A stretch of 63,001 nucleotides of DNA, filler included, from Barthelona sp. PAP020 (taxonomy: Eukaryota), in NCBI GenBank assembly GCA_040182905.1. It is 2 parts of 2 records of this genome, joined end to end, with 100 filler letters (N's around TTAATTAATTAA, not from the genome) between each part and the next. Parts side by side here need not be neighbours in the genome. Positions count along the whole stretch, not along the records: positions 1 to 31,434 come from JARQWU010000107.1; positions 31,535 to 63,001 come from JARQWU010000108.1. One strand, 5' to 3'. Numbering within the stretch: the first letter of the stretch is position 1; the number at the start of each line of letters is the position of its first letter. Below, piece after piece: positions 22,626-33,190 of the stretch. A model generated the notes under the pieces. The model was not told the origin of the DNA and searched no databases. It saw nothing but the letters and a program-made list of their open reading frames with translations. Position numbers and translations under genes: made by a program.

Positions 22626-22879
22626 ATGAATATTGATAATTTTGAAAATCCATTAGCTGACATCGGTTCTGCTTTCAAGAGTGGCATTAATTTATTGAAA
22701 GGAAAGCGTATGTCCAAACCAAATTCAAAAGGTAATATTTTTTGGTTGCATTTTATCTAACTAAATTAGAATTTACTCAAACTGCAAAAGCTGCCGCCAT
22801 TGGAGTTGCTATATTTGGAGTTGTCGGATTTGCTGTTAAATTGATTCACATTCCAATTAACAATTTGCTATTGAATTAA
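22626..22879 (+). CDS. SEC61G: Sec61 gamma subunit; exons 22626-22731 and 22770-22879
   Basis: Manual spliced translation ...[43 protein letters not shown]; absent from ORF track. Confidence 0.93.
22732..22769 (+). other. 38-nt spliceosomal intron in SEC61G
   Basis: GTAATA...ATCTAACTAAATTAG; restores KP..KEF motif. Confidence 0.9.
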
Positions 22880-23203
22880 TAATGTTGTGATGTATTGTTG
22901 ATACCAAATAATTTTTCAATCTATTGATTAATAGAAAAAAATAAATATATAAACATTGAAATTTTTTTTTAATTTAAAGAAAACAGTTGCTTTTATTTTT
23001 TTGGTTATTTCTTTTTAAAAAAAAAATGGAAATGCAAAAAAAAGAAGAAATTTTAGCAAAAAAATGAAATTGTTTTTTGCTTCAAACAGTTGCTTTACAA
23101 TCAACTTTTGATGTGTCATTAGAAATGTTTTAATGGGCTAAAATCAATAAAATGACAAATATTTAAATAAAATTTATGATAAAAAATAAAAAAAAAGATT
23201 GAA

Positions 23204-24544
23204 CTATGTTTCTTTTGGGTCAAGAGATTCTTCATCATCTGAATCTGCGCACAGTATTTCAAAATTATTGTGGGTCGTCAATTTGTAACTTCTCATTCTT
23301 AAAGTTCTCCAGGGTTTGGTTCTAATCAACCCAAAAACAAACCAAGCAAAAATACCCGCAATCCAACACCATAATTTCCATGAAGGAATTTGAACATTTT
23401 CAAACAAATAACTTGAATGACGCAAAATAAAAATACTTTCTCCACCAAACATCAATAAAACAACCCAAGCAAAGGAACCCAACTTTTTCAGATTATGATG
23501 GTGATATTCGTACAATTCAGCAATCGCAGGAGATGCTGCTAATATCCAAATAACCAATCTATATACATTAAGGTTATTTGATGTTGGAATCCACAACATT
23601 GTCTTCAAAAAAAAGGCACTTGTATCAACACCCAACAAAACAATCATCATACCCGTCCCAGCCAAAAAGTCAAACCAATCAGAAGTGAAATTCCATACAA
23701 AACGAGTAAAACTGTATGGTCCCAAATTATTCCAACTAAGACCAGAAACATACTTTCTCCATTGCTTCAAAGAAATGTTGTCATTGACACAAATACCATC
23801 AGTTTCGTCTCTTCGATAATTTTTTTTTCTTAACCATGGTAAAGATGACATTGCCAAGCAATCGCAAGTAATAGACCCTAACCAAATACCAATACCGTTA
23901 CAGATCAACACATCCAATATCCATGAATCCCACCAACATTCAGCAAAATTAGGAAATACATGCTTTAACGTTCTTTCAACAAACTCAAACAAAATCGAAG
24001 CAATCCAGCACAAGGTTGGATCTCTAAACATAACAGCTTTAGCCCACCAACCAATTATATGTGCAGGTACAAAGACATCAAACACAACTGATTTGACGGC
24101 TGACACATTTGTTAGCGAACAATCCATTAAATAATCCCTATCTGCAATTAAAGGTACATTTAAAGAAGGATCAATATACTTGAGTAGTTTACGACTTGTT
24201 TCAAGGGGCAAAAATGAAGCACCAATCATAATACATCCATAAAGCAGTGAAATACCTTTAATAATCTTCCATACAACAGGATGTGGTCTTTGAAATATTG
24301 TATCCTTTCCATGGATTGCAGAATATGCTAAAAGTGCAATAATTGCATATTTTAATGCTCTTTTGTAATTATCTATTTCATTTGGGTATGGTGTACTCCT
24401 GAAGCTTATTATTCCGATTAAAATAATAAAACACCCAATGGCAAAAATTGTGTGAGGTCGTGAAAAAATAGTTGGAACTCTTGAAGCTGATACAATTTCA
24501 TAGGATTTCGCTGTTATTAATTCATCATTTTCATCATTCGCCAT
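23204..24544 (-). CDS. Phosphatidylserine synthase (base-exchange, PTDSS type)
   Basis: RPHPVVWK, AHIIGWWAK, SILFEFVE, PNFAECWWDSWILDVLICNGIGI, FFLKTMLWIP. Confidence 0.95.
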   Translation of the reverse strand: MANDENDELITAKSYEIVSASRVPTIFSRPHTIFAIGCFIILIGIISFRSTPYPNEIDNYKRALKYAIIALLAYSAIHGKDTIFQRPHPVVWKIIKGISLLYGCIMIGASFLPLETSRKLLKYIDPSLNVPLIADRDYLMDCSLTNVSAVKSVVFDVFVPAHIIGWWAKAVMFRDPTLCWIASILFEFVERTLKHVFPNFAECWWDSWILDVLICNGIGIWLGSITCDCLAMSSLPWLRKKNYRRDETDGICVNDNISLKQWRKYVSGLSWNNLGPYSFTRFVWNFTSDWFDFLAGTGMMIVLLGVDTSAFFLKTMLWIPTSNNLNVYRLVIWILAASPAIAELYEYHHHNLKKLGSFAWVVLLMFGGESIFILRHSSYLFENVQIPSWKLWCWIAGIFAWFVFGLIRTKPWRTLRMRSYKLTTHNNFEILCADSDDEESLDPKET

Positions 24545-24820
24545 GTTTGAACACAAAATAATACCTCAAAATGGGAAAAATTATTTGTTCTTGACAAACC
24601 ATCCCACTCTTTGATGGTAAAACTGTGGGTTTTTATCATATAATAAACCAAAAAAAAACAATAAAATCTTGTGAAATAATTTACAAAGCAACTTTTTAAA
24701 TAATCAAGAAACTAGAATCACTTATTTGATTAAAAAATTATACAAAAACACAGTTATGATCAAAAATATTTTATACATTCAATTTTCAACAAAAAAAAAA
24801 CATATAAACAGTAATTTTGC

Positions 24821-25144
24821 CTAAATACAATCAGCTGGAACAGATTTAAATATTAAAACAGCATGTACACCAAAATATAATAGAAGAACATTTGTGTCTT
24901 CATGTTCAACTGAAAATGAAAAACCTTCACCAACAATGCAATGCCAAGTGGATCCAAATTTTCGGTCCATTGTTTCTTTTATTGATTTGGCAGCATTTTC
25001 ATTGTTGTTGGCATACTTTTCCAAAGCGTTAACACAAATTTCAACAGCTTCAAGTTTCATTTCTTCATTCATAAAACATGTAGCAACCAATGGATAATTC
25101 ATTTGTTTTCGAACATCACTGGTTGGATTTGAGGATCTGTCCAT
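24821..25144 (-). CDS. DNAL4: Axonemal dynein light chain 4 (LC8 family)
   Basis: YPLV...MNEEMKLEAVEICVNALEKY...AAKSIKETMDRKFGSTWHCIVGEGFSF. Confidence 0.88.
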   Translation of the reverse strand: MDRSSNPTSDVRKQMNYPLVATCFMNEEMKLEAVEICVNALEKYANNNENAAKSIKETMDRKFGSTWHCIVGEGFSFSVEHEDTNVLLLYFGVHAVLIFKSVPADCI

Positions 25145-25229
25145 CAAGAACGTAATTTGAAAGAAAAATGTTTCTCAAAAAATTTACAAATTTTTTTTTC
25201 ATCCCTTTTTCACTTTAGTTTCTCAAAAG

Positions 25230-25325
25230 GTTTGTATTGTTGTGATATTTAATCGAGTTTATAGTGTGGTTTATACTATATTCTTTCTATTTTTAGGTTT
25301 AAAAATGATTGAGTCTAACATTTAG
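25230..25325 (+). other. Probable 5'-UTR intron of RPL8
   Basis: GTTTGT donor; GTCTAACATTTAG acceptor 7 nt before ATG; same branch/acceptor style as coding introns. Confidence 0.55.
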
Positions 25326-25332
25326 GTTCTCA

Positions 25333-26097
25333 ATGGGTAAGATTATTAGAGGTCAAAGAAAGGGTGCTGGTTCTATTTTCACAGCCAACACTCACCACCG
25401 TAAGGGTGCTGCCAAACTTCGTTCTTTAGATTATGTTGAAAAGCATGGTTTTTCACGTGGTATTGTCAAAGAAATTGTTCATGACTCTGGTCGTGGTGCT
25501 CCTCTTGCCAAGGTTGAATTCCGTAATACCAAGAGTTTCGGTAAAGTCACTGAAACTTTCATTGCTGCTGAAGGAATGTACACTGGTCAATATGTCTTTT
25601 CTGGAAAGAAGGCTGTTCTTGCCATTGGTAATATTGTTCCCGTTGGTTCTCTTCCCGAAGGTACCTTCGTTTGCAACGTTGAAAACAAGTGTGGTGATCG
25701 TGGTGCTTTTGCCCGTGCTTCTGGTGAATCTGCTGTTGTTCTTTCTCAACTTGGTGACAAAACACGTATTCGTCTTCCCTCTGGAAAGAAAAAAACTATT
25801 CCTTCTGCCGCTCGTGCTATGATTGGTTTAGTTGCTGGTGGTGGCAGAACTGACAAGCCCATTATGAAAGCTGGTGTTCAATATCACAAGTATAGAGCCA
25901 AACGTCGTTGCTGGCCAAGAGTTAGAGGTGTTGCTATGAATCCTGTTGAACATCCTCATGGTGGTGGTAATCATCAACACATTGGTCATCCTTCTACTGT
26001 TTCCGGTCATACTGCTCCTGGTCGTAAGGTTGGTCTTATTAGAGCCCGTCGTACTGGTTTACGTCCTGGTGCCAAGGTTGTCAGAAACTTTGAATAA
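25333..26097 (+). CDS. RPL8: 60S ribosomal protein L8 (uL2)
   Basis: [41 protein letters not shown]. Confidence 0.98.
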   Translation: MGKIIRGQRKGAGSIFTANTHHRKGAAKLRSLDYVEKHGFSRGIVKEIVHDSGRGAPLAKVEFRNTKSFGKVTETFIAAEGMYTGQYVFSGKKAVLAIGNIVPVGSLPEGTFVCNVENKCGDRGAFARASGESAVVLSQLGDKTRIRLPSGKKKTIPSAARAMIGLVAGGGRTDKPIMKAGVQYHKYRAKRRCWPRVRGVAMNPVEHPHGGGNHQHIGHPSTVSGHTAPGRKVGLIRARRTGLRPGAKVVRNFE

Positions 26098-26421
26098 TTA
26101 TATTAGTTTTAACTTCTGATAGCAGACACTATATCTTGCTACAAATAAACTTTTACGAGACCTTTTTTTTTTTTTTTGAATAGTTTGGATGGGGTGCAGA
26201 ATTGAAAATATTTACTAATCAATTCTTTTCTTTCACAGAACAAAGGAAATGAAGAATAAACTAAAACTATTTATCTTTGATAATGAAAGTAGGGAAATAT
26301 CATTGAGATTTGTCGTTGTTTCTTTCATTCTGGCATTGTTTGAGCTATTTGGACAAATGAAATGTGTTCAAAATCTTTACACATTTCAACAAAAAAAAGA
26401 AAAGAAATGATGTAAAATTTA

Positions 26422-27846
26422 TCACATCAAAAAGCAACATTTGGCATCTTCATCATTGTCGCCCAAAAAGAATCTGGTTGGATCAGCGTTTGATTGAACT
26501 TGGGTATCTGGATCCTTAACAGCTTTGGGAGAATGAGACTCACGATAAGCCATAATATTATTGGCCTTGCCAATTGAAGAAAGATTTAAAGAAGGGTTAT
26601 AAGCAAACTTTGAAGCAGAACTAACATTAACTGTCAAACCAGTTTGATTCTCAGTTAAAGATACACTGGAGGCAGACATATTCATTTTGGCTATGGCACT
26701 ATTCATATCAATCTCTGAGTTGGAATTTTGTTCATTTTGCTCGTTACAGCTATTGGTTTTCTGCAACATCTTGTTGACAACTTGACTATTTTCAGGAATA
26801 TCATTATTTTTAATGTGATTATCCTTTTGAGCTAATTCAATGGTTTTATGTTCCATTTCGTTCTTGCTATTACTATTGAATTCATTTTTCTGATTTTCAA
26901 GAACAGATTCAGTATCGGAAAGAATTGCGGAAGTATTTGTGTTTTTTTCGCTCAAATGCCCACTGATACTGCCATTTGGTGTTTGAGAATTACTTTCACC
27001 GATCATTGACAACTCTTTCATCAATCCTTTCAGATACTCATAATCAGGACAAGTGCTGAAATCTAACTCCAAAAGATGTGTTAAAAACATCTTAAATTGT
27101 ATGGGAAGATTGGCTACTAATTCATCATTCAAATAGCTACGCTTACATTCGGCAACATCTTCTCTTTCAATCAAGTGACACCAAGGCAAATCTTTACCAG
27201 TCATTTCAATCAAAACGTACAACAAACTCCATAAATCATCACGTCTGGAAAGGGACAAACAATCATGTGAATTTATTGAGGCGTAACGAGTAGTCCCTCG
27301 AAAACCTCCAACTTGTTTTTGCTTTTTTACAGCAGCATCCTCATCTATATATGGCTTTGCTAACCCAAAATCAATAATAAATAATCGGTTACTCTTTGGA
27401 CCATCACCAATACAAAAATTTGAAGGTTTAATGTCTCGATGAATAAAACCCATATTATGTAAAGATTCAATAGAAGCGATCATTAATCTACCTATTGCAC
27501 CTGTTATTTTGTACGAAAAAGATTTTTTGGGTTGTTTACGCCTTAATTTATATAAAGATGGTCCTAACAATTCCATAACTACAAAACGATGATTAGGATC
27601 TTTACCAGAAGTAATATATTCACAAAAAAATGGATTTCCACTCATAGAATGTAAAATAAAAACTTCAAAAAATAAAATGGAATGTTTTGCTTTTGTTGAT
27701 TCAAATTTAATTGCAACTAAACGATCAGTAGTTATATCAGTTGCAGAATAAATCTGTCCAAAAGCACCTTGTCCAATTTTATTTAATATCAACCATCGTC
27801 CATGAAAAAGATTTCCAGGTTCAATTTCTATTGTATGTTTCACCAT
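26422..27846 (-). CDS. Tau-tubulin kinase-like (CK1 group) kinase with C-terminal CCFLM
   Basis: IGQGAFG, HRDIKPSNF, DFGLA, FRGTTRYAS, SRRDDLWS. Confidence 0.9.
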   Translation of the reverse strand: MVKHTIEIEPGNLFHGRWLILNKIGQGAFGQIYSATDITTDRLVAIKFESTKAKHSILFFEVFILHSMSGNPFFCEYITSGKDPNHRFVVMELLGPSLYKLRRKQPKKSFSYKITGAIGRLMIASIESLHNMGFIHRDIKPSNFCIGDGPKSNRLFIIDFGLAKPYIDEDAAVKKQKQVGGFRGTTRYASINSHDCLSLSRRDDLWSLLYVLIEMTGKDLPWCHLIEREDVAECKRSYLNDELVANLPIQFKMFLTHLLELDFSTCPDYEYLKGLMKELSMIGESNSQTPNGSISGHLSEKNTNTSAILSDTESVLENQKNEFNSNSKNEMEHKTIELAQKDNHIKNNDIPENSQVVNKMLQKTNSCNEQNEQNSNSEIDMNSAIAKMNMSASSVSLTENQTGLTVNVSSASKFAYNPSLNLSSIGKANNIMAYRESHSPKAVKDPDTQVQSNADPTRFFLGDNDEDAKCCFLM

Positions 27847-28008
27847 ATTGTGATTCTGCTTAAACCATAAATCTTTTGGAAAATTGAAAGAAAAAAAAAA
27901 CAAATAACTGAGATTCCTTCAACATTCACAAATTTGAAAAATAAACAATCAACAAATAATTATATTTATAACTACCTAATAAATTGAACAAGAACAAAAA
28001 AAATGTTA

Positions 28009-28443
28009 TTAAACAACATTGCATAAAAAGTAAATTTCCTGATCCAACCCAACACTGGTTAAATTTTCAACAGAATCAACAAGTTCCATCAATAAACCAC
28101 CAAATGAAGCATAAACTGACAAAGAATCTTCAGTGTCACTTTTTGAAAATTGAAATACTTTTCCGTTCATTGCATAACTGTGAATATCCAACCAATTTTC
28201 ATTCGTTTCATCACTCTTTACTTCGTCAGAAATCATAACTGCCAATTTCTGACCAATACTCACCGGAAACAAACTTGTCATAATATCGATTGTAAGATGT
28301 TTATTCGAGGCCTCACTTTTACATTCTAATCGAGAAACTAAATAATTAGAAAAAACATATCAATTTCAAATAATACCCTTGTCGAAATGTTTCCCTTCCG
28401 CATCTATATTTGTGATAGTGAACTCTTCATCGACTAAAAGCAT
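28009..28443 (-). CDS. RPB8: RNA polymerase common subunit RPB8; exons 28443-28377 and 28337-28009
   Basis: Spliced MLLVDEEFTITNIDAEGKHFDKVSRLECKS...YAMNGKVF...VYASFGGLLMEL. Confidence 0.93.
28338..28376 (-). other. 39-nt spliceosomal intron in RPB8
   Basis: GTATTA...TTCTAATTATTTAG; restores FDKVSR. Confidence 0.9.
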
Positions 28444-28532
28444 TTGCTAATTGGAATATCAAACAAAAAAAAAAGAAAAAAATGAAACAACAATGAACCA
28501 ACCGTTTTATAAAATTAAAGAAAACAGATAAA

Positions 28533-29309
28533 TTAGTTTTCAGCAGCCCAGTTTTCGTCTTCCATGGGAGCACTGAAATCAGGAGCATTGTATTCCTCAG
28601 GGGCTTCCATTTCTTCTTGAGCAGAAATTTCAGCTTCCTTTTCAGCAGCCTTGGCAACAGCTTCACGTGCAGCTTCTTCCTTAGCTTCAGCTTCTTCATC
28701 ACGACGAATGAAAAGATCGACCATAACAAATTCGGCTTCACGAGGTAATTCTCCTCTCATACGAAGAATTTCACGGCAAAGTAACCAAAACATTAAACCA
28801 CAAGAATCAGCAGTTCTGGTGTTGCAAGGAATGACACAGTCAACGAATTTGACGGGTGAATCAATGTTAGCAAAAGCAATAATGGGAATGTTAACAAAAG
28901 CAGATTCACGAATAGCTTGATGATCAAAATCGGGATCAGCAACAAGAATGACCTTAGGTTCTTGGAACTTCTTTTGAATTTGATTTGTGAAAGAACCAGG
29001 GGTGAAACGACCAACATAAGGGGTAGCACCGGTATATTTGGCGAACTTGAGAGCACCACGTTGAGCATCATCAGAAGAAGCAACAACAACAACATCAGAT
29101 TTGTTCTTAACACCACAAATCATTCTGGCAGCAAGAAGTAACTTTTCCCAAGTGTAAGAAATGTTGATAATATGATTACCAGACTTTTGATCACGTTGAT
29201 AAACATAAGGTGATAAAGCCTTGTTGCAGTTTCTGGGACCAACATGGGCATGACATTTAAGAATTCTTTGAATATCTTCGGTTGCAGGAGCAAGAATGGG
29301 GTTGGACAT
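28533..29309 (-). CDS. RPSA: 40S ribosomal protein SA (uS2)
   Basis: TWEKLLLAAR, GRFTPGSFTNQIQ, DHQAIRESAFVNIP. Confidence 0.98.
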   Translation of the reverse strand: MSNPILAPATEDIQRILKCHAHVGPRNCNKALSPYVYQRDQKSGNHIINISYTWEKLLLAARMICGVKNKSDVVVVASSDDAQRGALKFAKYTGATPYVGRFTPGSFTNQIQKKFQEPKVILVADPDFDHQAIRESAFVNIPIIAFANIDSPVKFVDCVIPCNTRTADSCGLMFWLLCREILRMRGELPREAEFVMVDLFIRRDEEAEAKEEAAREAVAKAAEKEAEISAQEEMEAPEEYNAPDFSAPMEDENWAAEN

Positions 29310-29411
29310 CTCTTAGTGTGACGATAAAAATGTGTAAAAAAAATTTGGAAAAAGTTTGAAACAAAAGAACTTTTTCCAATTCCTTTTTCGTATTTCGCAC
29401 ATATCAACCAA

Positions 29412-29888
29412 ATGGCAAGTATGTTATATATGATTGACGATTATTTTTTAGCTATTTAATTGATTAAATACTAACAATTAGCTGCTGGTAAGAAGGCTAC
29501 TAAATTCAGAATCTCTTGTGGTTTAAACGTTGGATCACTCATCAACTGCGCTGATAACTCTGGAGCTTTGAACATCTATATCATTTCCGTCAAGCATTGT
29601 TCTGGTCGTTTGAACAGACTTCCTCGTGCCGGACCTGGAGATATGGTTTTATGTTCCGTCAAGAAGGGTATTGATGAACTTACCAAGAAGGTTATTCCAG
29701 CCGTCATTGTTAGACAAAGAAAGGTTTGGAGACGTAGAAACGGTTCTTACATCTATTTCGAAGATAATGCTGGTGTTTTAGTTACTCCTGATGGTGCTTC
29801 AAAGGGATCCAATATTAACGGTCCCCTTTCTCGTGAATGTGCCGGTCTCTGGCCCAAGTTCACCAAAAAGGCCAAAACTGTTGTTTAA
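29412..29888 (+). CDS. RPL23: 60S ribosomal protein L23 (uL14); exons 29412-29418 and 29482-29888
   Basis: Spliced [46 protein letters not shown]. Confidence 0.95.
29419..29481 (+). other. 63-nt spliceosomal intron in RPL23
   Basis: GTATGT donor, TACTAAC branch, AATTAG acceptor. Confidence 0.92.
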
Positions 29889-30022
29889 TTCGTTGAATTT
29901 TATTCCCCATATTGAACATACATTTTGAATTTTAATAAAGTAGTTTTAGTGCTCACGATTTTTTTTTAATTGAACAAAAACAAGACTAGTTTTAATTTAC
30001 CGAAAACAAAATTGAAAAATGA

Positions 30023-31434
30023 TTATTGTTGAAAGAAAAAACTAAAAGGATCTCCTTGACCACCCGGTCTTTGAGTTCTGGATCTTCTTTGACCACCTGA
30101 GCTGCCAAATGGGAAACCTCCCTGGCCACCTGACGTTGTGAATGTGAAACCTCCTGGCATGCCGCCCATACCGCCCATGCCTCCCATGCCTCCCATCATC
30201 ATGGAAATTATGTCACTCATATCACCACCAAACTGCATACCTCCAGGCATACCTCCTGAAAACATAGCATCACCTCCTTGATCATATCTATGTCTCTTTT
30301 GTGGATCTGACAAGGTCTCATAAGCTTCGGCCAATTCTTTAAACCTAGCTTCAGCAGCTTCCCTCTCTCTGTCAGGCAAATTTCTTGTTCTATCAGGATG
30401 GCATTTCATAGTCTCCTTTCTGAACTGTTTTTTGATTTGTTGAGGGGTTGCATCCTTATCCACTCCTAAAATTTTATAGTAGTCCTTACTTCCTTTTTCC
30501 ATACGCTTCTTCTGAGCTTCTTGATGCATTTGTCTGTGTTGTGGTTTATTAGGTTCCTCTTTCATGAGTCTTTCATAATCATACATGGCATCTTCATACC
30601 GATTGAGTTTCATGTAACAGTTTGCACGTCTTGAAAGAGCTTTAAGATAAGCAGGATTCATTATCAAAGAATCTTGAGAGTCTCTTAAGGCTTCTTCATA
30701 TTTCTCTTGCTTCATATAAGCTGCAGCACGATTTGAAAACACAATAGCTGTATTTTGAAAGTCAAATTGATCAAATAAACAAAATTCAGAAGGTTTAGGT
30801 GGTTCATGCCCATCAGAAGATGTCATATTCATGTCAAAACACAAAAATTGCAAAATAAAACTGGGATAATTAACAGGTGTTGCTCTAAAAGAAGGAGGTG
30901 GTAGAACTTTTGAATAATCTGCAATGGCACCTTCCAAATCGTTTTTTCTAAACTTTTCTGTCCCATCACTCTTATGTTTCAAAAAATCATTCAATCTACG
31001 AGAATACAGTCCAATAATTCTTGCATCTGGATTTTTCTGTGCTAAACCTCTTAACAATTGTTGAAATTTCTCAATATCTCCTGTTTCATAAAATGAAATG
31101 GCAAGTTTCAAAAAATCTACCAAAGAAACAGAACGTTCTTCACCTAATTTATGAACTCGAACTCTTTCAGTATTTAAAACCTGTTTAGCATCGTCAAATT
31201 CCCTCAATCCAACATAACACAATGATAAAAGACATGATACATGAACAGATTGATTCAAAGACTTGTTCTTCAAATCCTTGAAATGTTCCTTGGCTGAATG
31301 ATAATTTCTAATTCCTAAATACTTTAAGGCTTCCAAAAAATCATCCTTTGCTTTGGATAATTTTCTTAATTCAACAGCAACATCTTCCCTGTTTACACCT
31401 GTAATCTCCAAATATGAGTTTAACTTCTCAATAC
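30023..31434 (-). CDS. DNAJC7: TPR + J-domain co-chaperone (DNAJC7-like), 5' truncated by the gap
   Basis: [13 protein letters not shown]s, [13 protein letters not shown]-rich tail; frame stays open up to the N-run. Confidence 0.85.
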
Positions 31435-31534
31435 NNNNNNNNNNNNNNNNNNNNNNNNNNNNNNNNNNNNNNNNNNNNTTAATTAATTAANNNNNNNNNN
31501 NNNNNNNNNNNNNNNNNNNNNNNNNNNNNNNNNN
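31435..31534. other. Artificial contig-joining linker
   Basis: 44 N + TTAATTAATTAA (stops in all six frames) + 44 N = 100 nt. Confidence 0.97.
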
Positions 31535-31535
31535 T

Positions 31536-31634
31536 GTTGTTCAACCCTTGTTGGTGAACACATCAAGCCTGACATTGGCCACCGAATGTGTTAGAATGCT
31601 CATGAAGATAGACGATATCGTGGGAACTTTGTAG
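31536..31634 (+). CDS. CCT4: T-complex protein 1 subunit delta, C-terminal fragment
   Basis: [39 protein letters not shown] is typical of CCT4. Confidence 0.85.
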   Translation, partial: VVQPLLVNTSSLTLATECVRMLMKIDDIVGTL

Positions 31635-31862
31635 ACAAATAACTCAAATATAATGCAGACAATGGAATTTTTTTATTTAAATGACTTTTTAAGTAAACGG
31701 ATATTCTTCTTTTTTTTTGTAAATGTTTTTATGATTTGTTTAAAATAATGTGTATTTATATCATCACATGCTTTTGTGAAGAATAAAAACATGCCAAAAT
31801 GTGAAATATTTGGGGAATTTTTTTTCATCAATTCTTTAATTCAAAATCCTATAATTATATGA

Positions 31863-32714
31863 ATGAATGAAAAAATCATTGATCATTTGATTGACATTGA
31901 GTTTGAAGAACATTTAAGAACAATACGGAATTGTTTAAAAATACCAGAAAGTGATCACATGATAACTTTTTTTCGGAATAACATAAGAGTATTAAAGAAT
32001 TTTAAACATACATATAAAGAGGAAGATGAACAGTCAAAAGTTGTAGTTATTGAGAATCTTGAAAAACTTGATGTCAAAGAAGTTTTTATGTTGATAAATG
32101 AGATTAATTTAATCAAAAGAATGAATAAATTGATAATAACGAATATATCTTTCAATAATTTATTAGCTTTTGGATATTTTTGTTCATATTTGATTGAAAA
32201 TATTGAAATAAAAGAGATAAAAATGGAAAATTTTTACCTTTCAAATGAAATGCTTAGCTATTTTATACGTTTTTTGCAGAACCATGCTTGTTGCCGTGAA
32301 CTTGAATTAAAGAATTGCATTTTTGATAGTTTTCAAAGTTTTTTGTTTCTTATCAAGACCATACAGATTTCAATCATAGATTTTATCACAATAGATACCA
32401 TATACTTGGTAGAAGATAGCTTTCGCTGTATTGAACTGATCAATGTAATTCGTAACTTACCTTTAAAATATTTATGCTTTAAGAATTTGGGGTTTTCAAT
32501 TGAATTTGTTGTTTATTTGTTTGAAATAATTCCTATGAAGACAAAATTGCGGAAAATTGTGATTGAGGATTATTTGTCATCGGATATTGTTATTTTAGAA
32601 GATTATGAACGTTTTAAAAGTGCTATTTACAATCAGCAGGCAAATATTTTAACTGGTTCTTTTCATTTGTCACATAATAATAAATTAGAGGTTATTTTGA
32701 AGTCTATTATTTAA
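31863..32714 (+). CDS. Divergent LRR-like protein
   Basis: LxxLxL periodicity (ELELKNC, LKYLCFKNL, LRKIVI). Confidence 0.55.
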   Translation: MNEKIIDHLIDIEFEEHLRTIRNCLKIPESDHMITFFRNNIRVLKNFKHTYKEEDEQSKVVVIENLEKLDVKEVFMLINEINLIKRMNKLIITNISFNNLLAFGYFCSYLIENIEIKEIKMENFYLSNEMLSYFIRFLQNHACCRELELKNCIFDSFQSFLFLIKTIQISIIDFITIDTIYLVEDSFRCIELINVIRNLPLKYLCFKNLGFSIEFVVYLFEIIPMKTKLRKIVIEDYLSSDIVILEDYERFKSAIYNQQANILTGSFHLSHNNKLEVILKSII

Positions 32715-33190
32715 GTTAATACTTCCCTCGAATGTTAATAAGTTTCAATAGTTTGGATAAATTGTCAATAATTTTTTTTGATTTTAGTTTCTTTGAATTA
32801 TTTTATTTTTTGGTGTTCTATTTGTGTTTATTTTTCATTTATCCAAGAGATTTTGGGCAAACGAGTTTTTTTAAATTTTTTTTTTGTTAAAGAACGTTTT
32901 TGTTTGAAATAGCATTTGGTTTTGTTGTAAATTGTCTTTTTTATTATTCTTTTAGTTGATAAATTTTATTAATTTGACACAAAAACTATCGGTTTGAAAA
33001 ATGAGCATTTGGAGATAAAAATTGAAAAATTGTATTTTTTGTTTATATTGTTGTTTTTAATGGTTTTTATTTCAAAAAAAGAATACATGAAGTTGAAATA
33101 ATGATGAAAGACTAAAAAACAAAAAATGAAGAATCCTTAATTTTCCAAAGTCAATCTGTTCTTTATCTCTTTAATCTTTTTAATTTATAT

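Noticed and set aside
22981..23096. AAACAGTTGCTTT direct repeat in the SEC61G/PSS spacer
   Set aside because: Only two 13-nt copies in AT-rich UTR; no array or element structure
29419..29481. Intronic snoRNA in RPL23
   Set aside because: Too short; no intact box C (TGATGA) or box D (CTGA)
31479..31490. TTAATTAATTAA palindrome as a piggyBac site or regulatory element
   Set aside because: Sits symmetrically within Ns; six-frame-stop assembly spacer
1..31634. CCT fragments at 1-83 and 31536-31634 as halves of one split gene
   Set aside because: Motifs belong to different paralogues (CCT5 vs CCT4)
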